NCBI RefSeq assembly: GCF_913058315.1
Contig: NZ_CAJXQY010000003.1
Coordinates: 2,339 to 66,338, forward strand
From: an uncultured Alteromonas sp.
GTDB taxonomy: Bacteria; Pseudomonadota; Gammaproteobacteria; Enterobacterales; Alteromonadaceae
Reading direction: 5' to 3'
DNA length: 64,000 nucleotides
Positions within the stretch are counted from its first letter, which is position 1; each line of letters starts with the position of its first letter. Below the pieces are notes generated by a model. That model ran no database searches. It saw nothing but the letters and a program-made list of their open reading frames with translations, and had not been told where the DNA came from. Shown piece by piece: positions 41,111 to 51,024 of this stretch. The translations under genes were made by a program, and so were the position numbers.

Positions 41111-44100
41111 ATGTTTTATAAAAGCAAGCTAGCAACTGCTGTATCCGGGGCACTATATGTGATGGTCGCCACAGGCGTTCAGGCACAACAAGCGGAAACA
41201 GTTGAAAAGATCGAAGTACGCGGCGTTCGTGGCAGTCTGTCACAATCAATGAACGTAAAACGTCAGTCTACAGGTGTTGTTGACGCCATCTCTGCTGAAG
41301 ACATGGGTAAATTCCCGGATACTAACCTGGCTGAGTCATTACAGCGTATCACTGGTGTATCGATTAACCGTGTAAACGGTGAAGGTTCTGAAGTAACCGT
41401 TCGTGGTTTTGGTGGTAACTTTAACCTTATCACTCTGAACGGTCGTCAGATGCCAGCCGCTAACGTTGCCTCTATTACAGGTAACCCGCTCGACCAGGGC
41501 GCGTCTGGTACCACTCGTTCATTCGACTTCTCTAACCTGGCATCAGAAGGTGTTAGCGGCATTGAAGTTTATAAAACAGGTCGCGCAGCGGTACCTTCAG
41601 GTGGTATCGGTGCAACAATCAACATTAATACATTAAAGCCACTGGCACAGGGTGATAACCGTGCGTCGGTAGGGGTTAAAGCCGTTAAAGACGAAAGTGG
41701 TGATGGCGTAACACCTGAGATGAGCGGTGTGGCCAACTGGGTTAACGATAACGGTAACTTCGGTGTGTCTGTATTCGGTTCTTACCAGGAGCGTGATTCT
41801 GGTAGCCGTCACATGAGTGTTGAAAACTATCAGTTATATAACTGGGACGTAAACTCACCAGGTACTTTTGGTCTGGTGCAGGGCGCTAACGTCACCAATG
41901 CACCAAATCAGGGACAGTTGGTTGCTATGCCATCTAACCTGGGTTTAGGTGTTAACCACGATAACCGTGAACGTGTCAACGGTATGCTGACTGTTCAGTA
42001 TGCTCCAAGTGATGAAATGACGATCACTGCCGATGCGACTTATGCCAGCAACGAAATTCAGTCAACTTCAGTGGTTGACGGTATCTGGTTTGCACGTCAG
42101 TTCACTGATATGGAATTTGACGGTAACCCGGTAGTGGCTACGCCTATTCGTTTTACCGAAGACATTGATGGCGGTAAAGACTTCTTCTTCCAAAACCTGG
42201 TTATGGGTGCAAAAGATGAGTTGTCATCATTTGGCTTTAACGTTGACTGGTGGGCAAATGATTCACTGAACCTGCGTTTTGACGCGAACGTTGCGGAAGC
42301 AAAAAGTGGCGGTGCTGGTCCCTATGGTAAAAACGTAATTCGTTTCAACGTAGCGGGTGCAACCGCGGGTTGGCAGACTGTTGACTTCGGTCAGCGCATG
42401 CCACAGGCGAGCATCGTGGTTGACGATTCTCAGAAAGGTAACGATAACGGTATCTTCGACCTGCCAGACGTAGGTCCTCAGGTTACCCGTGCGATTTCTT
42501 CTGACCAGACGTCTGACGTTGCTCAGTTCCGTTTAGACGGTACCTGGGATCAGGGTTCAGATATCAAACTTGATTTCGGTGTGGGTTACATGAGCACTGA
42601 AATGAACCAGGTTCGTTACGAAACTGAAGCACAGCTGGGTGGCTGGGGTGTATCTGATGTAGGTAACATTCCTGAAGGTCTGCTGGAAATCGGTTGTACA
42701 GCCTGTGCATTTGAAGATCATGACATGAGCGGCGTTGCCGGTGCAGACGCTATGGCTGTTCCCGCTGGCGCGACCACTATCTCTCTGGGTAGCGTATCGT
42801 TCGTTGGTAACGCAGTACACCTGTTAGAAGGCGTTGCTCCGGCATACGGTTTCACTCCAGGCGATCTGCCAGCCGTTGCGTCTGACAACAACACTGTTAA
42901 AGAAGACATCATGTCACTTTACGGTATGGCAACAATGGACGGCGAAATTGGTGGCTTTGAAGCTAACCTGGTAGTGGGTTTACGTTATGAGAAGACAGAC
43001 GTTGAGTCTATCTCTCTGCAATCAGTACCTGAGCAAATCATCTGGTTATCAGATAACGATTTCCGTATCCAGCTGGGTAGCGGTACCGATGCATTGTCAG
43101 AGAAGCACTCTTATGAGGCACTGCTGCCGAACATCGATTTGTCAGTTAACCTGACCGATGATTTAAAAGCCCGTTTCTCTTACAGCATGACCCTGGCTCG
43201 TCCTGCTTACAACCAGATGTACACTGCAACCAGCATTGGCGCGCCTAGCCGCCCAACTTACCTGGGTGGTCAGGGTTCTGGTAGTCGCGGTAACGCAGCA
43301 CTGGATCCGCTGGAGTCAAACAACTTCGACCTGTCACTGGAATACTACTACGGTGAGTCGAGCATGGTGTCTGTGGGTTACTACCGTAAAGACGTAGATA
43401 ACTTCGTAGGTACTCAACAGGTATCACAAAACCTGTTTGGCTTACTTGACCCAACTTCAGGTCAGGCTGGCACCGTTTCTGGCGATGCGATTGCTGAACT
43501 GGAATCACGTGGTATCGAAGTTACAGAACGTAACTACTTCACCATGACAGCACTGCTGTCTAACCCGGATGCATTCCCGGGTGGCGCAGATGACTTCGAG
43601 GAAGGTCAGGCGTTTGCAGATGACGTATTTGCAAACTACAGTGTTGGTCCGGTAGCGGGCGATCCAAACATGCTGTTTGAGGTAACTCAGCCAGTGAACA
43701 ACCAAAGCGCTCGTATCTCTGGTTACGAGTTAGCATGGCAGCACTTCTTCGGTGAGTCAGGCTTTGGTTATCAGGCTAACTTCACCATCGTAGACGGTGA
43801 TATCGGTTACGACGTAGGTGCTGATCCAGCCCTTGACCAGTTTGCTCTGGAAGGTCTGTCAGACAGTGCTAACATCGTTCTGATTTACGAAATGGACGGT
43901 TTGTCTGCGCGTGTTGCTTACAACTGGCGTGACTCGTTCCTGAGCGAAGTTAACCGTGGCGTATCTTCTGTTCGTAACCCGCTGTTTATCGACGAGTACG
44001 AGCAAGTAGACGTTAACGTAAGCTACGAGTTCAGCGAAAATCTGACTGTCAGCATGGATATCATCAACCTGACTGAAGAAGGCCAGCGCCAGTATGGACG

Positions 44101-44173
44101 CAGCTACAACAACACCTTCTTTATCCAGGAACTGGACAGACGCTACGTTCTGAACGCGCGTTACACGTTCTAA
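41111..44173 (+). CDS. TonB-dependent receptor (sugar/Xanthomonas-Caulobacter type)
   Basis: Signal peptide, TonB box VEKIEVRG, plug DAISAEDMGKFPDTNLAESLQRITGV, C-terminal NARYTF. Confidence 0.95.
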   Translation: MFYKSKLATAVSGALYVMVATGVQAQQAETVEKIEVRGVRGSLSQSMNVKRQSTGVVDAISAEDMGKFPDTNLAESLQRITGVSINRVNGEGSEVTVRGFGGNFNLITLNGRQMPAANVASITGNPLDQGASGTTRSFDFSNLASEGVSGIEVYKTGRAAVPSGGIGATININTLKPLAQGDNRASVGVKAVKDESGDGVTPEMSGVANWVNDNGNFGVSVFGSYQERDSGSRHMSVENYQLYNWDVNSPGTFGLVQGANVTNAPNQGQLVAMPSNLGLGVNHDNRERVNGMLTVQYAPSDEMTITADATYASNEIQSTSVVDGIWFARQFTDMEFDGNPVVATPIRFTEDIDGGKDFFFQNLVMGAKDELSSFGFNVDWWANDSLNLRFDANVAEAKSGGAGPYGKNVIRFNVAGATAGWQTVDFGQRMPQASIVVDDSQKGNDNGIFDLPDVGPQVTRAISSDQTSDVAQFRLDGTWDQGSDIKLDFGVGYMSTEMNQVRYETEAQLGGWGVSDVGNIPEGLLEIGCTACAFEDHDMSGVAGADAMAVPAGATTISLGSVSFVGNAVHLLEGVAPAYGFTPGDLPAVASDNNTVKEDIMSLYGMATMDGEIGGFEANLVVGLRYEKTDVESISLQSVPEQIIWLSDNDFRIQLGSGTDALSEKHSYEALLPNIDLSVNLTDDLKARFSYSMTLARPAYNQMYTATSIGAPSRPTYLGGQGSGSRGNAALDPLESNNFDLSLEYYYGESSMVSVGYYRKDVDNFVGTQQVSQNLFGLLDPTSGQAGTVSGDAIAELESRGIEVTERNYFTMTALLSNPDAFPGGADDFEEGQAFADDVFANYSVGPVAGDPNMLFEVTQPVNNQSARISGYELAWQHFFGESGFGYQANFTIVDGDIGYDVGADPALDQFALEGLSDSANIVLIYEMDGLSARVAYNWRDSFLSEVNRGVSSVRNPLFIDEYEQVDVNVSYEFSENLTVSMDIINLTEEGQRQYGRSYNNTFFIQELDRRYVLNARYTF

Positions 44174-44184
44174 GTGATGTAAAA

Positions 44185-44213
44185 CCTGACCGGCGCCCCC
44201 TGTGCCGGTCAGG
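44185..44213 (+). other. GC-rich hairpin without a U-tract after the TBDR gene
   Basis: CCTGACCGGC-N9-GCCGGTCAGG followed by CATTTCC. Confidence 0.55.
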
Positions 44214-44312
44214 CATTTCCCTGTTGTATTCCAGTCAGCATTTGCCTGTCATCACAGCTAAGGGTAGGATGCAGACTGACAGTTTCTTCTTAGCTATTTA
44301 GCGAATTTTCCT

Positions 44313-45038
44313 ATGTCTAATATTGCCGTTTTAAACAACGTTGATCACGCCGATATCAAAATCAGTGTCAGTGATACCCACAGCGTTAGCGATAACGTAA
44401 ATCGTTGTCAGATCTATGCCTCTGAGATCACTGAATTACAAAAAGAATTCCCCATCCTCATTTATCGCGCCGAAGGCTCTGAGCTGCTGCAGCTGCACGC
44501 GATTCTGGGGCTGGAAAAAAATGAAAACCTGTTCTTATCCGCGACCGGATGGACGACTCGTTATGTACCGGCATTACTGGCCCGCGGCCCGTTTAGCATT
44601 GGTTATAGTAAAAATGACAATGGTGAACCGACCGATCCGAAAATATGCCTGGATATGGACGATGCCCGGGTTAATACTTCTCAAGGGGAGGCGGTGTTTA
44701 TGCCCATGGGCGGCGAATCGCAATATTTACAGTATGTGAAAACAGCCCTGCAAACCATCGAAACCGGCGCGCAATTCAACCATACGTTGTTTACTTTAAT
44801 CAATGAGCTGGACTTACTTGAGCCGGTGTCTATACAGATCAAACTGAGTAACGTTGAGCAGGTAAACCTGAATAATTACTACACGATTAATCAGCAAAAG
44901 CTTAGCGCACTTGACAACAATCAACTCGCCAGGCTCAATCAGTACGGTATGCTTAGTGCCTTATTTTTTATTCTGTCTTCAATGGGTAACTTCCAGCGTC
45001 TCATCGAACTGAAGAATGCTAAATCGGCAGTACTGTAA
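44313..45038 (+). CDS. SapC-family (Pass1-like) protein of unknown function
   Basis: EITELQKEFPILIYR, AILGLEKNENLF, W..RYVPALLARGPF and SMGNFQRLI; typical position after a TBDR. Confidence 0.85.
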   Translation: MSNIAVLNNVDHADIKISVSDTHSVSDNVNRCQIYASEITELQKEFPILIYRAEGSELLQLHAILGLEKNENLFLSATGWTTRYVPALLARGPFSIGYSKNDNGEPTDPKICLDMDDARVNTSQGEAVFMPMGGESQYLQYVKTALQTIETGAQFNHTLFTLINELDLLEPVSIQIKLSNVEQVNLNNYYTINQQKLSALDNNQLARLNQYGMLSALFFILSSMGNFQRLIELKNAKSAVL

Positions 45039-45058
45039 TTAACTAAGGACGCATTACC

Positions 45059-46084
45059 ATGACGGCCAATCAGGTACTTGTGTTAGAGGGCATTTCACCC
45101 GACAACATTCCTTTTGACGATCTTTTTGCGTTAAATAAACCGGTCATTCTAAAAGGGCTGGTAAAACACTGGCCATTGGTTGAGGCCGGAATGCAATCGC
45201 CGGAGCAGGTGATGGACTTGCTCGGTGAACATGACGCCGGTAATCCTTTGCTGGTGTATCGGGCGCCAGCCACCATAAACGCCAGGTTTGGCTACAACGA
45301 AACCTGCACGGGATTTAATTACCAAAGTGAAAAAGCCCGTCTGCGCGACGTGCTGGCCGAGATCAAAGCTGGCCTCAGCAGTGAGGAGCACGAATACCTC
45401 TACATAAACTCCCTGCGCTTTGACCACGGTTTGCCAACACTTAACCAAATGAATACGCTTAATTTTGAGCATCCGGAATTTGCCGGTAACCAGCCGGTCC
45501 CCAAAATCTGGATCGGCACCGAATCGGTGGCCGCCGCGCATTTCGACCAACCTAAAAATATTGCCTGTTGTGTGCTCGGTAAACGCCGGTTTACGTTATT
45601 TCCGCCTGAACAGGTAGACAATCTGTATCCCGGTCCGCTGTCACCAACGCCCGGTGGGCAGGTGGTTACCACCGCTAATCTTGATGAGCCCGACTTTGAA
45701 AAATTCCCACGCTTAAAAACAGCGCTGGAAAATGCCTACATTGCTGATCTACAACCCGGTGACGGACTGTATTACCCCAGCATGTGGTGGCATGAAGTCA
45801 GGGCTTTCGACCGCTTTAATGTGATGGTTAACTTTTGGTGGATGACCGCTAAACCTTATTTGGGCAACCCGATGGATGTGTTGATGCATGGCATGCTGAC
45901 GCTGCGTGATAAACCGGCACAGGAAAAAGCCGCGTGGCGGGCATTGTTTGACTATTATGTGTTTGGTGACGGCGAAAAAGTCATCGAGCATTTGCCGGTG
46001 GAATGTCATGGCCCCCTGGCGCAGATGGATGAATTATCGGCGCGCCGTTTACGCGCAATGTTACTGAATAACCTTAATCGATAA
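45059..46084 (+). CDS. Cupin-like JmjC/2OG-Fe(II) oxygenase-type protein
   Basis: IWIG, HFD (HxD), GKRRFTLFPP, PSMWWHEV (distal His) and NVMVNFWW. Confidence 0.88.
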   Translation: MTANQVLVLEGISPDNIPFDDLFALNKPVILKGLVKHWPLVEAGMQSPEQVMDLLGEHDAGNPLLVYRAPATINARFGYNETCTGFNYQSEKARLRDVLAEIKAGLSSEEHEYLYINSLRFDHGLPTLNQMNTLNFEHPEFAGNQPVPKIWIGTESVAAAHFDQPKNIACCVLGKRRFTLFPPEQVDNLYPGPLSPTPGGQVVTTANLDEPDFEKFPRLKTALENAYIADLQPGDGLYYPSMWWHEVRAFDRFNVMVNFWWMTAKPYLGNPMDVLMHGMLTLRDKPAQEKAAWRALFDYYVFGDGEKVIEHLPVECHGPLAQMDELSARRLRAMLLNNLNR

Positions 46085-46095
46085 ATAGGCTTAAA

Positions 46096-47595
46096 TTGAT
46101 GGCGCAAAAGAAAACCCGTGTTGTTGTAGCCGGCGGCGGCACTGCCGGATGGTTAACCGCGTTTAGTTTAGTGACCCGTTTAGGTAACGTGCTGGATATC
46201 ACGTTAGTTGAGTCTGATCAGATTGGCACCGTGGGAGTAGGGGAAGCGACTATTCCTACCATGTGCAATTTTCATCAACTGATGGGCATCAACGAACAAG
46301 AGTTTATGGCCGCAACAAACGCCACCTTTAAGCTGGGTATTCAGTTTGATAACTGGGCAAACGACGGTGACAGTTATATTCACTCTTTTGGCGAAATCGG
46401 CCAGCGTTCATGGATGGCCGAATTTCACGAGTTCTGGATGGAAGCCGCGGCTAATGGTCAGCAGGATAGTCTGGAAGACTATTGCCTGGAATTAAAAGCT
46501 GCCAAAGCCAATAAGTTTGCTACTAAGATTGGTAATCGGCCGCTTAACTTTGCCTACCACCTCGACGCTACGGCCTATGCTGCTTACCTTAGAAAGAAAT
46601 CCGAAGCCGCCGGTGTTACCCGTTGTGAGGGTAAAATTCAGTCGGTGGATACCGATCCTCAAAGTGGTAACTTAACCCGCCTGACACTGGATACGGGTAT
46701 TGCGATCGAAGGGGATGTGTTTATTGATTGCACCGGTTTCCGCGGGCTGTTAATAGGCGAACATCTTGGTGTCGGATATGAAGACTGGAGTCACTGGCTG
46801 GCTGCCGATCGGGCGATTGCTATTCAAACCCAATCTACCGAAGCGCCCAAACCATACACTATCGCCACGGCTCATAAAGCCGGTTGGCAGTGGCGCATTC
46901 CGCTACAGTCACGGGTGGGCAACGGGATTGTTTATAGCAGTCGCTTTTTAAGTGACGAGGAAGCACTGGCAACCCTTAAGCAAAACCTCGACGGCGAAAT
47001 GCTTACCGAGCCCCGTTATCTTAAATTTAAGACCGGCCGACGGGAAAAAGCCTGGCATAAGAACTGTATTTCCGTTGGATTGGCCAGTGGCTTTTTAGAG
47101 CCGCTGGAGTCAACCAGTATACATCTGGTTACCACCGCGCTTATCCGACTAATGAAGTTATTCCCATTCAGCAGCGATCACGAACTACTGGCAGAGCAGT
47201 ACAATCGTGAAACGCAGAAAGAAATGGAGACTATTCGCGATTTTATTATTCTGCACTACAACCTGACCAAACGTGATGACAGTGATTTCTGGGATCATTA
47301 CCGCACCATGGATATTCCGGAACCCTTAGCCCATCGCATGGCTATCTTTGCACAAAATGGCTATGTGTGGCCAGACGACGTGGCGCTGTTCAGAGTCGAT
47401 TCCTGGGTGCAGGTAATGATGGGCCAGGGCCTGATGCCAGCACAGCATCACGGGGCAAGTCGAATGTTACCCACCGACGGCTTAAAACAGCAACTCAGTG
47501 CATTTAAGCAATCGGTTAATAATGCACTGGGCCAGTTACCCGCCCATGCCGACTTTATTGCCCGGTATTGTCCTGCCGGCGAGCAGGTTAAGTAA
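46096..47595 (+). CDS. Flavin-dependent halogenase family protein 1 (tryptophan-halogenase-like)
   Basis: GGGTAG, GVGEAT, ATFKLGI (catalytic Lys), GWQWRIP and FLEPLEST. Confidence 0.92.
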   Translation: MMAQKKTRVVVAGGGTAGWLTAFSLVTRLGNVLDITLVESDQIGTVGVGEATIPTMCNFHQLMGINEQEFMAATNATFKLGIQFDNWANDGDSYIHSFGEIGQRSWMAEFHEFWMEAAANGQQDSLEDYCLELKAAKANKFATKIGNRPLNFAYHLDATAYAAYLRKKSEAAGVTRCEGKIQSVDTDPQSGNLTRLTLDTGIAIEGDVFIDCTGFRGLLIGEHLGVGYEDWSHWLAADRAIAIQTQSTEAPKPYTIATAHKAGWQWRIPLQSRVGNGIVYSSRFLSDEEALATLKQNLDGEMLTEPRYLKFKTGRREKAWHKNCISVGLASGFLEPLESTSIHLVTTALIRLMKLFPFSSDHELLAEQYNRETQKEMETIRDFIILHYNLTKRDDSDFWDHYRTMDIPEPLAHRMAIFAQNGYVWPDDVALFRVDSWVQVMMGQGLMPAQHHGASRMLPTDGLKQQLSAFKQSVNNALGQLPAHADFIARYCPAGEQVK

Positions 47596-47604
47596 GGGCC
47601 AGGC

Positions 47605-49155
47605 ATGCAAAAGAATATTACCCGGGTTGTGGTTGTAGGCGGTGGTACCGCCGGTTGGCTTACCGCTGGCATTATTGCGGCCAAGAACCCACTGGTTGGC
47701 GAGAACCGTCACACTGAAGTCATACTGGTGGAATCGCCTGACGTTAAAAACCTTGGCGTGGGTGAAGGAACCTGGCCTACTATGCGCGATACGCTGCGTT
47801 TGCTGGGCATTGCCGAAAAGCAGTTCCTCAGTGAATGTGAGGCCAGTTTTAAGCAGGCTTCAAAGTTTGTTGGCTGGCAGCAGGGCGGTGAGGATAAGTA
47901 TTACCATCCCTTTACAGCTCCTGCAGGTTTTGGTGCGGTTAATCTGGTTGAAGCCTGGCACGATGAAGGCTGTCCGGGCGACTTTGAATCCTGGGTTTGT
48001 GCCCAGGGCATGGCATGCGAGCGCTATCAGGCGCCGAAAATGCCCCAATTACCCGAATACGCTTACAACTTTAATTACGGCTATCATTTAAGCGCCGATA
48101 AATTTGTTGCGCTCCTTCATCGTCATTGCACGGAGCAACTCGGTGTGCAGTATAAAAGCGCCCATGTTGCCGGCATCCAGAGTCATCCCGATGGCGCAAT
48201 AGCCGCTGTTGAACTGGCGCAAGGCGAGCCGTTGGCAGGTGACTTATTTATTGATTGCAGCGGTTTTAGTGCGCGCTTAATCGGGCAGCATTACAACGTT
48301 CCCTTTGTTTCTAAACGGCATATTTTATTTAACGACACGGCAGTGGCAGCCCAGGTGAACCATGCCAGTGACCAAACGCCAATCGCCTCGTGTACGGTTG
48401 CTACGGCAAAACCTCACGGCTGGGTATGGGATATCGCGTTACAGTCGCGCCGCGGTATCGGCCATGTATTTGCCAGCGAGTTAACTACCGAGACCCAGGC
48501 CGAAGACGCGTTAAGAGCTTATATCAGCAGTGACGAGTCTTTAAGCCAGAAAGCGATAATGTCGCGGACCATCCGTTTCGACCCCGGCCACCGGGCGCGA
48601 TTCTGGGAACAAAACTGCGTTGCAATCGGGGTGTCCGCTGGTTTTGTTGAACCGCTGGAAGCCACGGCGCTGGTACTGATTGAAAAGTCGGCAGAATGGA
48701 TAGCCGACCAACTGCCACGCAGCCGGGCTGCCATGGCGGTGCTTCGTAAACGCTACAATGAAATGACGGACGCACGGTGGGGCGAGATTATTGACTTCAT
48801 CAAACTGCATTATGTGTTAAGTGAGCGCCGCGACAGCCCCTATTGGCAGGCCCATGCCGATCCTGCATCCTGGACGGACAGCCTGCAGGAAGCGTTGCAG
48901 TTATGGCAAAGTCAGCCGCCTGGCCTGTTAGAAACTAATCTGCGCCAGGAGCTTTTTTCCTCCGCCAGTAAACAATACGTATTGTATGGTATGGGGTTTC
49001 GCTCCCATGACTGGCAGCCGGGTGGCACTACCAGCCTGCGCAAACCACTAATCGAACGGGTGCGCCGGGAGTTTTTGCATAACGGCGATAAACTGTTAGC
49101 GCAGTTGCCAACAAACCGGGAGTATTTTAACCGGCTTAAAGCGGCTAGCGCTTAG
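47605..49155 (+). CDS. Flavin-dependent halogenase family protein 2 (variant motif)
   Basis: GGGTAG, GVGEGT, ASFKQA, GWVWDIA (in place of WxWxIP) and FVEPLEAT. Confidence 0.88.
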   Translation: MQKNITRVVVVGGGTAGWLTAGIIAAKNPLVGENRHTEVILVESPDVKNLGVGEGTWPTMRDTLRLLGIAEKQFLSECEASFKQASKFVGWQQGGEDKYYHPFTAPAGFGAVNLVEAWHDEGCPGDFESWVCAQGMACERYQAPKMPQLPEYAYNFNYGYHLSADKFVALLHRHCTEQLGVQYKSAHVAGIQSHPDGAIAAVELAQGEPLAGDLFIDCSGFSARLIGQHYNVPFVSKRHILFNDTAVAAQVNHASDQTPIASCTVATAKPHGWVWDIALQSRRGIGHVFASELTTETQAEDALRAYISSDESLSQKAIMSRTIRFDPGHRARFWEQNCVAIGVSAGFVEPLEATALVLIEKSAEWIADQLPRSRAAMAVLRKRYNEMTDARWGEIIDFIKLHYVLSERRDSPYWQAHADPASWTDSLQEALQLWQSQPPGLLETNLRQELFSSASKQYVLYGMGFRSHDWQPGGTTSLRKPLIERVRREFLHNGDKLLAQLPTNREYFNRLKAASA

Positions 49156-49303
49156 CAATAATATAAACCGCGTGCACAATGCCCGGGATATAGCCCAGCA
49201 GCGTCAGTAAAATATTGATCCAGAATTGCGCGCCAATACCGACTTGCAGAAACACGCCCAGCGGTGGCAGTAAAATTGACAATAATATGCGTAGAATATC
49301 CAT
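49145..49303 (-). CDS. YqaE/Pmp3 family small membrane protein
   Basis: 52 aa MDILRILLSILLPPLGVFL...LGYIPGIVHAVYII; overlaps the halogenase stop by 11 nt. Confidence 0.92.
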   Translation of the reverse strand: MDILRILLSILLPPLGVFLQVGIGAQFWINILLTLLGYIPGIVHAVYIIAKR

Positions 49304-49366
49304 GGTTTTCACCTTATTTGTGTAGAAAACCATAGATGTTGCAAGGGCCTTGCCAGTTAGTGGTCA

Positions 49367-50599
49367 TTAGTGACAGCAACTGGCCTGGGAAGACTTAGTC
49401 ATTTTTTGCTGCAGTGCCTGCCAGCCATTTCTAATCATTAAAGCTCCGAGGAGCACAGCGCACAGTGCGTAGATCGGTGAAATCTCACCGTGTTCGTGGG
49501 TTGACTGACCAAGCGCAATCCACGACTGCAGTGAAAAATGACTCACCAGCAGGTTCAGGGTGTAACCCAGCAAAATACTGGCGCTCATCACACTTGTGAT
49601 ATACAGCATGAGGGTTCGTTTGCCCATTTCCTTAGCAATCATCCCCATGGTTGAAATATTCGTGGCCGGGCCGGCCAGTAAAAATACCAGCACGGCACCA
49701 GGAGATAAGCCGGCACTTAAAAAGCCTACTGCAATAGGCGTCGATGCTGTGGCACAGATATACATCGGAATCCCAATCACCGCCATAACCAGCATGGCCA
49801 CCAGACCATCGCCCCAGCTGGTCAGAAAGTCGGTGGGTACCCAGGTTTGAATTGCTGCGGCGAGCGCCAGACCTATCAACAACCAGACGGTAATATCAAT
49901 AAGCAGTTTGCCACTGGAAAATTGCCAGATAGCGGCGACTTTATCTGTAAAGCCGGGTTTATTTGCATGTGAGGCTGAGCTGCTTTCGCTGTCGCAGCAA
50001 GAAGATGTACTCGCTGGTGTCGGCTGTGCTTTTTCAGTGCTGCAGCAGGATGGCGTGCTGACCGGCTCAGCTGGCTTGCTGCTACAACAGGATGATGATG
50101 TTTCTTCTACGGCAGGTTTACTGCTACAGCAGCTTTGGGGGGCTTCGGCCGGTGTAGCAGGTGACTCATTGCTGGTTGCTGATGCTTCTTTATCGAACCA
50201 TTTCACCATCATACCGGCGTAGATAGCGCTGATGATGGCACAAAATGGACGGACTATGGCGAACAGCGGGCCAAGCAGCGCATAGGACACAGAAACGGAA
50301 TCCACACCGGTTTCCGGGGTCGACACCAGAAACGATACGGTGGCGGGCTTTGAGGCACCGCTACGGCGTAAGCCCACCGCTGCAGGAATCACCCCACAGG
50401 AACACAGAGGCAGAGGCGCGCCAATCACCGCTGCTTTACCAACGGCGCCGGCACTGGCACTGCCCATGTGTTTTTGTAACATACTGATGGGGACGAGTTC
50501 ATGCATTACGCCGGCTACCAGCAGGCCGAGCAATAACCACGGCGCTGACTCCATAAACAGTAATAAAAAGTTTTGTGCTAACAGGGCGATATCGCTCAT
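49367..50599 (-). CDS. SO_0444-family Cu/Zn efflux permease (DUF318 type)
   Basis: ESAPWLLLG, PLPLCSCGVIP, PETGVDS, PMYICATASTP and AGPATN; ATGA overlap with zntR. Confidence 0.88.
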   Translation of the reverse strand: MSDIALLAQNFLLLFMESAPWLLLGLLVAGVMHELVPISMLQKHMGSASAGAVGKAAVIGAPLPLCSCGVIPAAVGLRRSGASKPATVSFLVSTPETGVDSVSVSYALLGPLFAIVRPFCAIISAIYAGMMVKWFDKEASATSNESPATPAEAPQSCCSSKPAVEETSSSCCSSKPAEPVSTPSCCSTEKAQPTPASTSSCCDSESSSASHANKPGFTDKVAAIWQFSSGKLLIDITVWLLIGLALAAAIQTWVPTDFLTSWGDGLVAMLVMAVIGIPMYICATASTPIAVGFLSAGLSPGAVLVFLLAGPATNISTMGMIAKEMGKRTLMLYITSVMSASILLGYTLNLLVSHFSLQSWIALGQSTHEHGEISPIYALCAVLLGALMIRNGWQALQQKMTKSSQASCCH

Positions 50600-51018
50600 G
50601 ATGCCTCCATGGAATCGAGGGCCTGCAGGATAGAGCAGTGTTCGGCGCTTTCAGGGCCGCCACAACAGGCCGTATGCAGGGTTTTTAATGACATGCGTAT
50701 TTTCTCCAGCTCCGCAATCTTTTCATCCAGCTCCTGAACCTTGCGCGCTGTTACCTGTTTCACTTCTTCGCAGGTGTGCGCATCGGGGTGCAGGCGCAGT
50801 TCCAGTAACTCGCTGATTTCATCGAGTGTAAATCCAACCGCTTTGGCTCGCTTAATAAATTGCAAGCGGGCGAGGTCGGTGCTTGAAAACAACCGGTAGC
50901 CGGCATCCGAGCGCAGTGACGCGTGCACCAGCCCTTTGTTTTCATAGAAACGCACGGTATCGACGGTTAGTCCGGTAAGCTTAGCCAACTGGCCAATTTT
51001 GTAATGTTTTGTCTTCAT
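50596..51018 (-). CDS. zntR: Zn(II)-responsive MerR-family regulator
   Basis: YKIGQLAK...DTVRFYE, HTC, and ACCG...HCSIL metal loop; true start MKTKH at 51018. Confidence 0.88.
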   Translation of the reverse strand: MKTKHYKIGQLAKLTGLTVDTVRFYENKGLVHASLRSDAGYRLFSSTDLARLQFIKRAKAVGFTLDEISELLELRLHPDAHTCEEVKQVTARKVQELDEKIAELEKIRMSLKTLHTACCGGPESAEHCSILQALDSMEAS

Positions 51019-51024
51019 GCTGTT

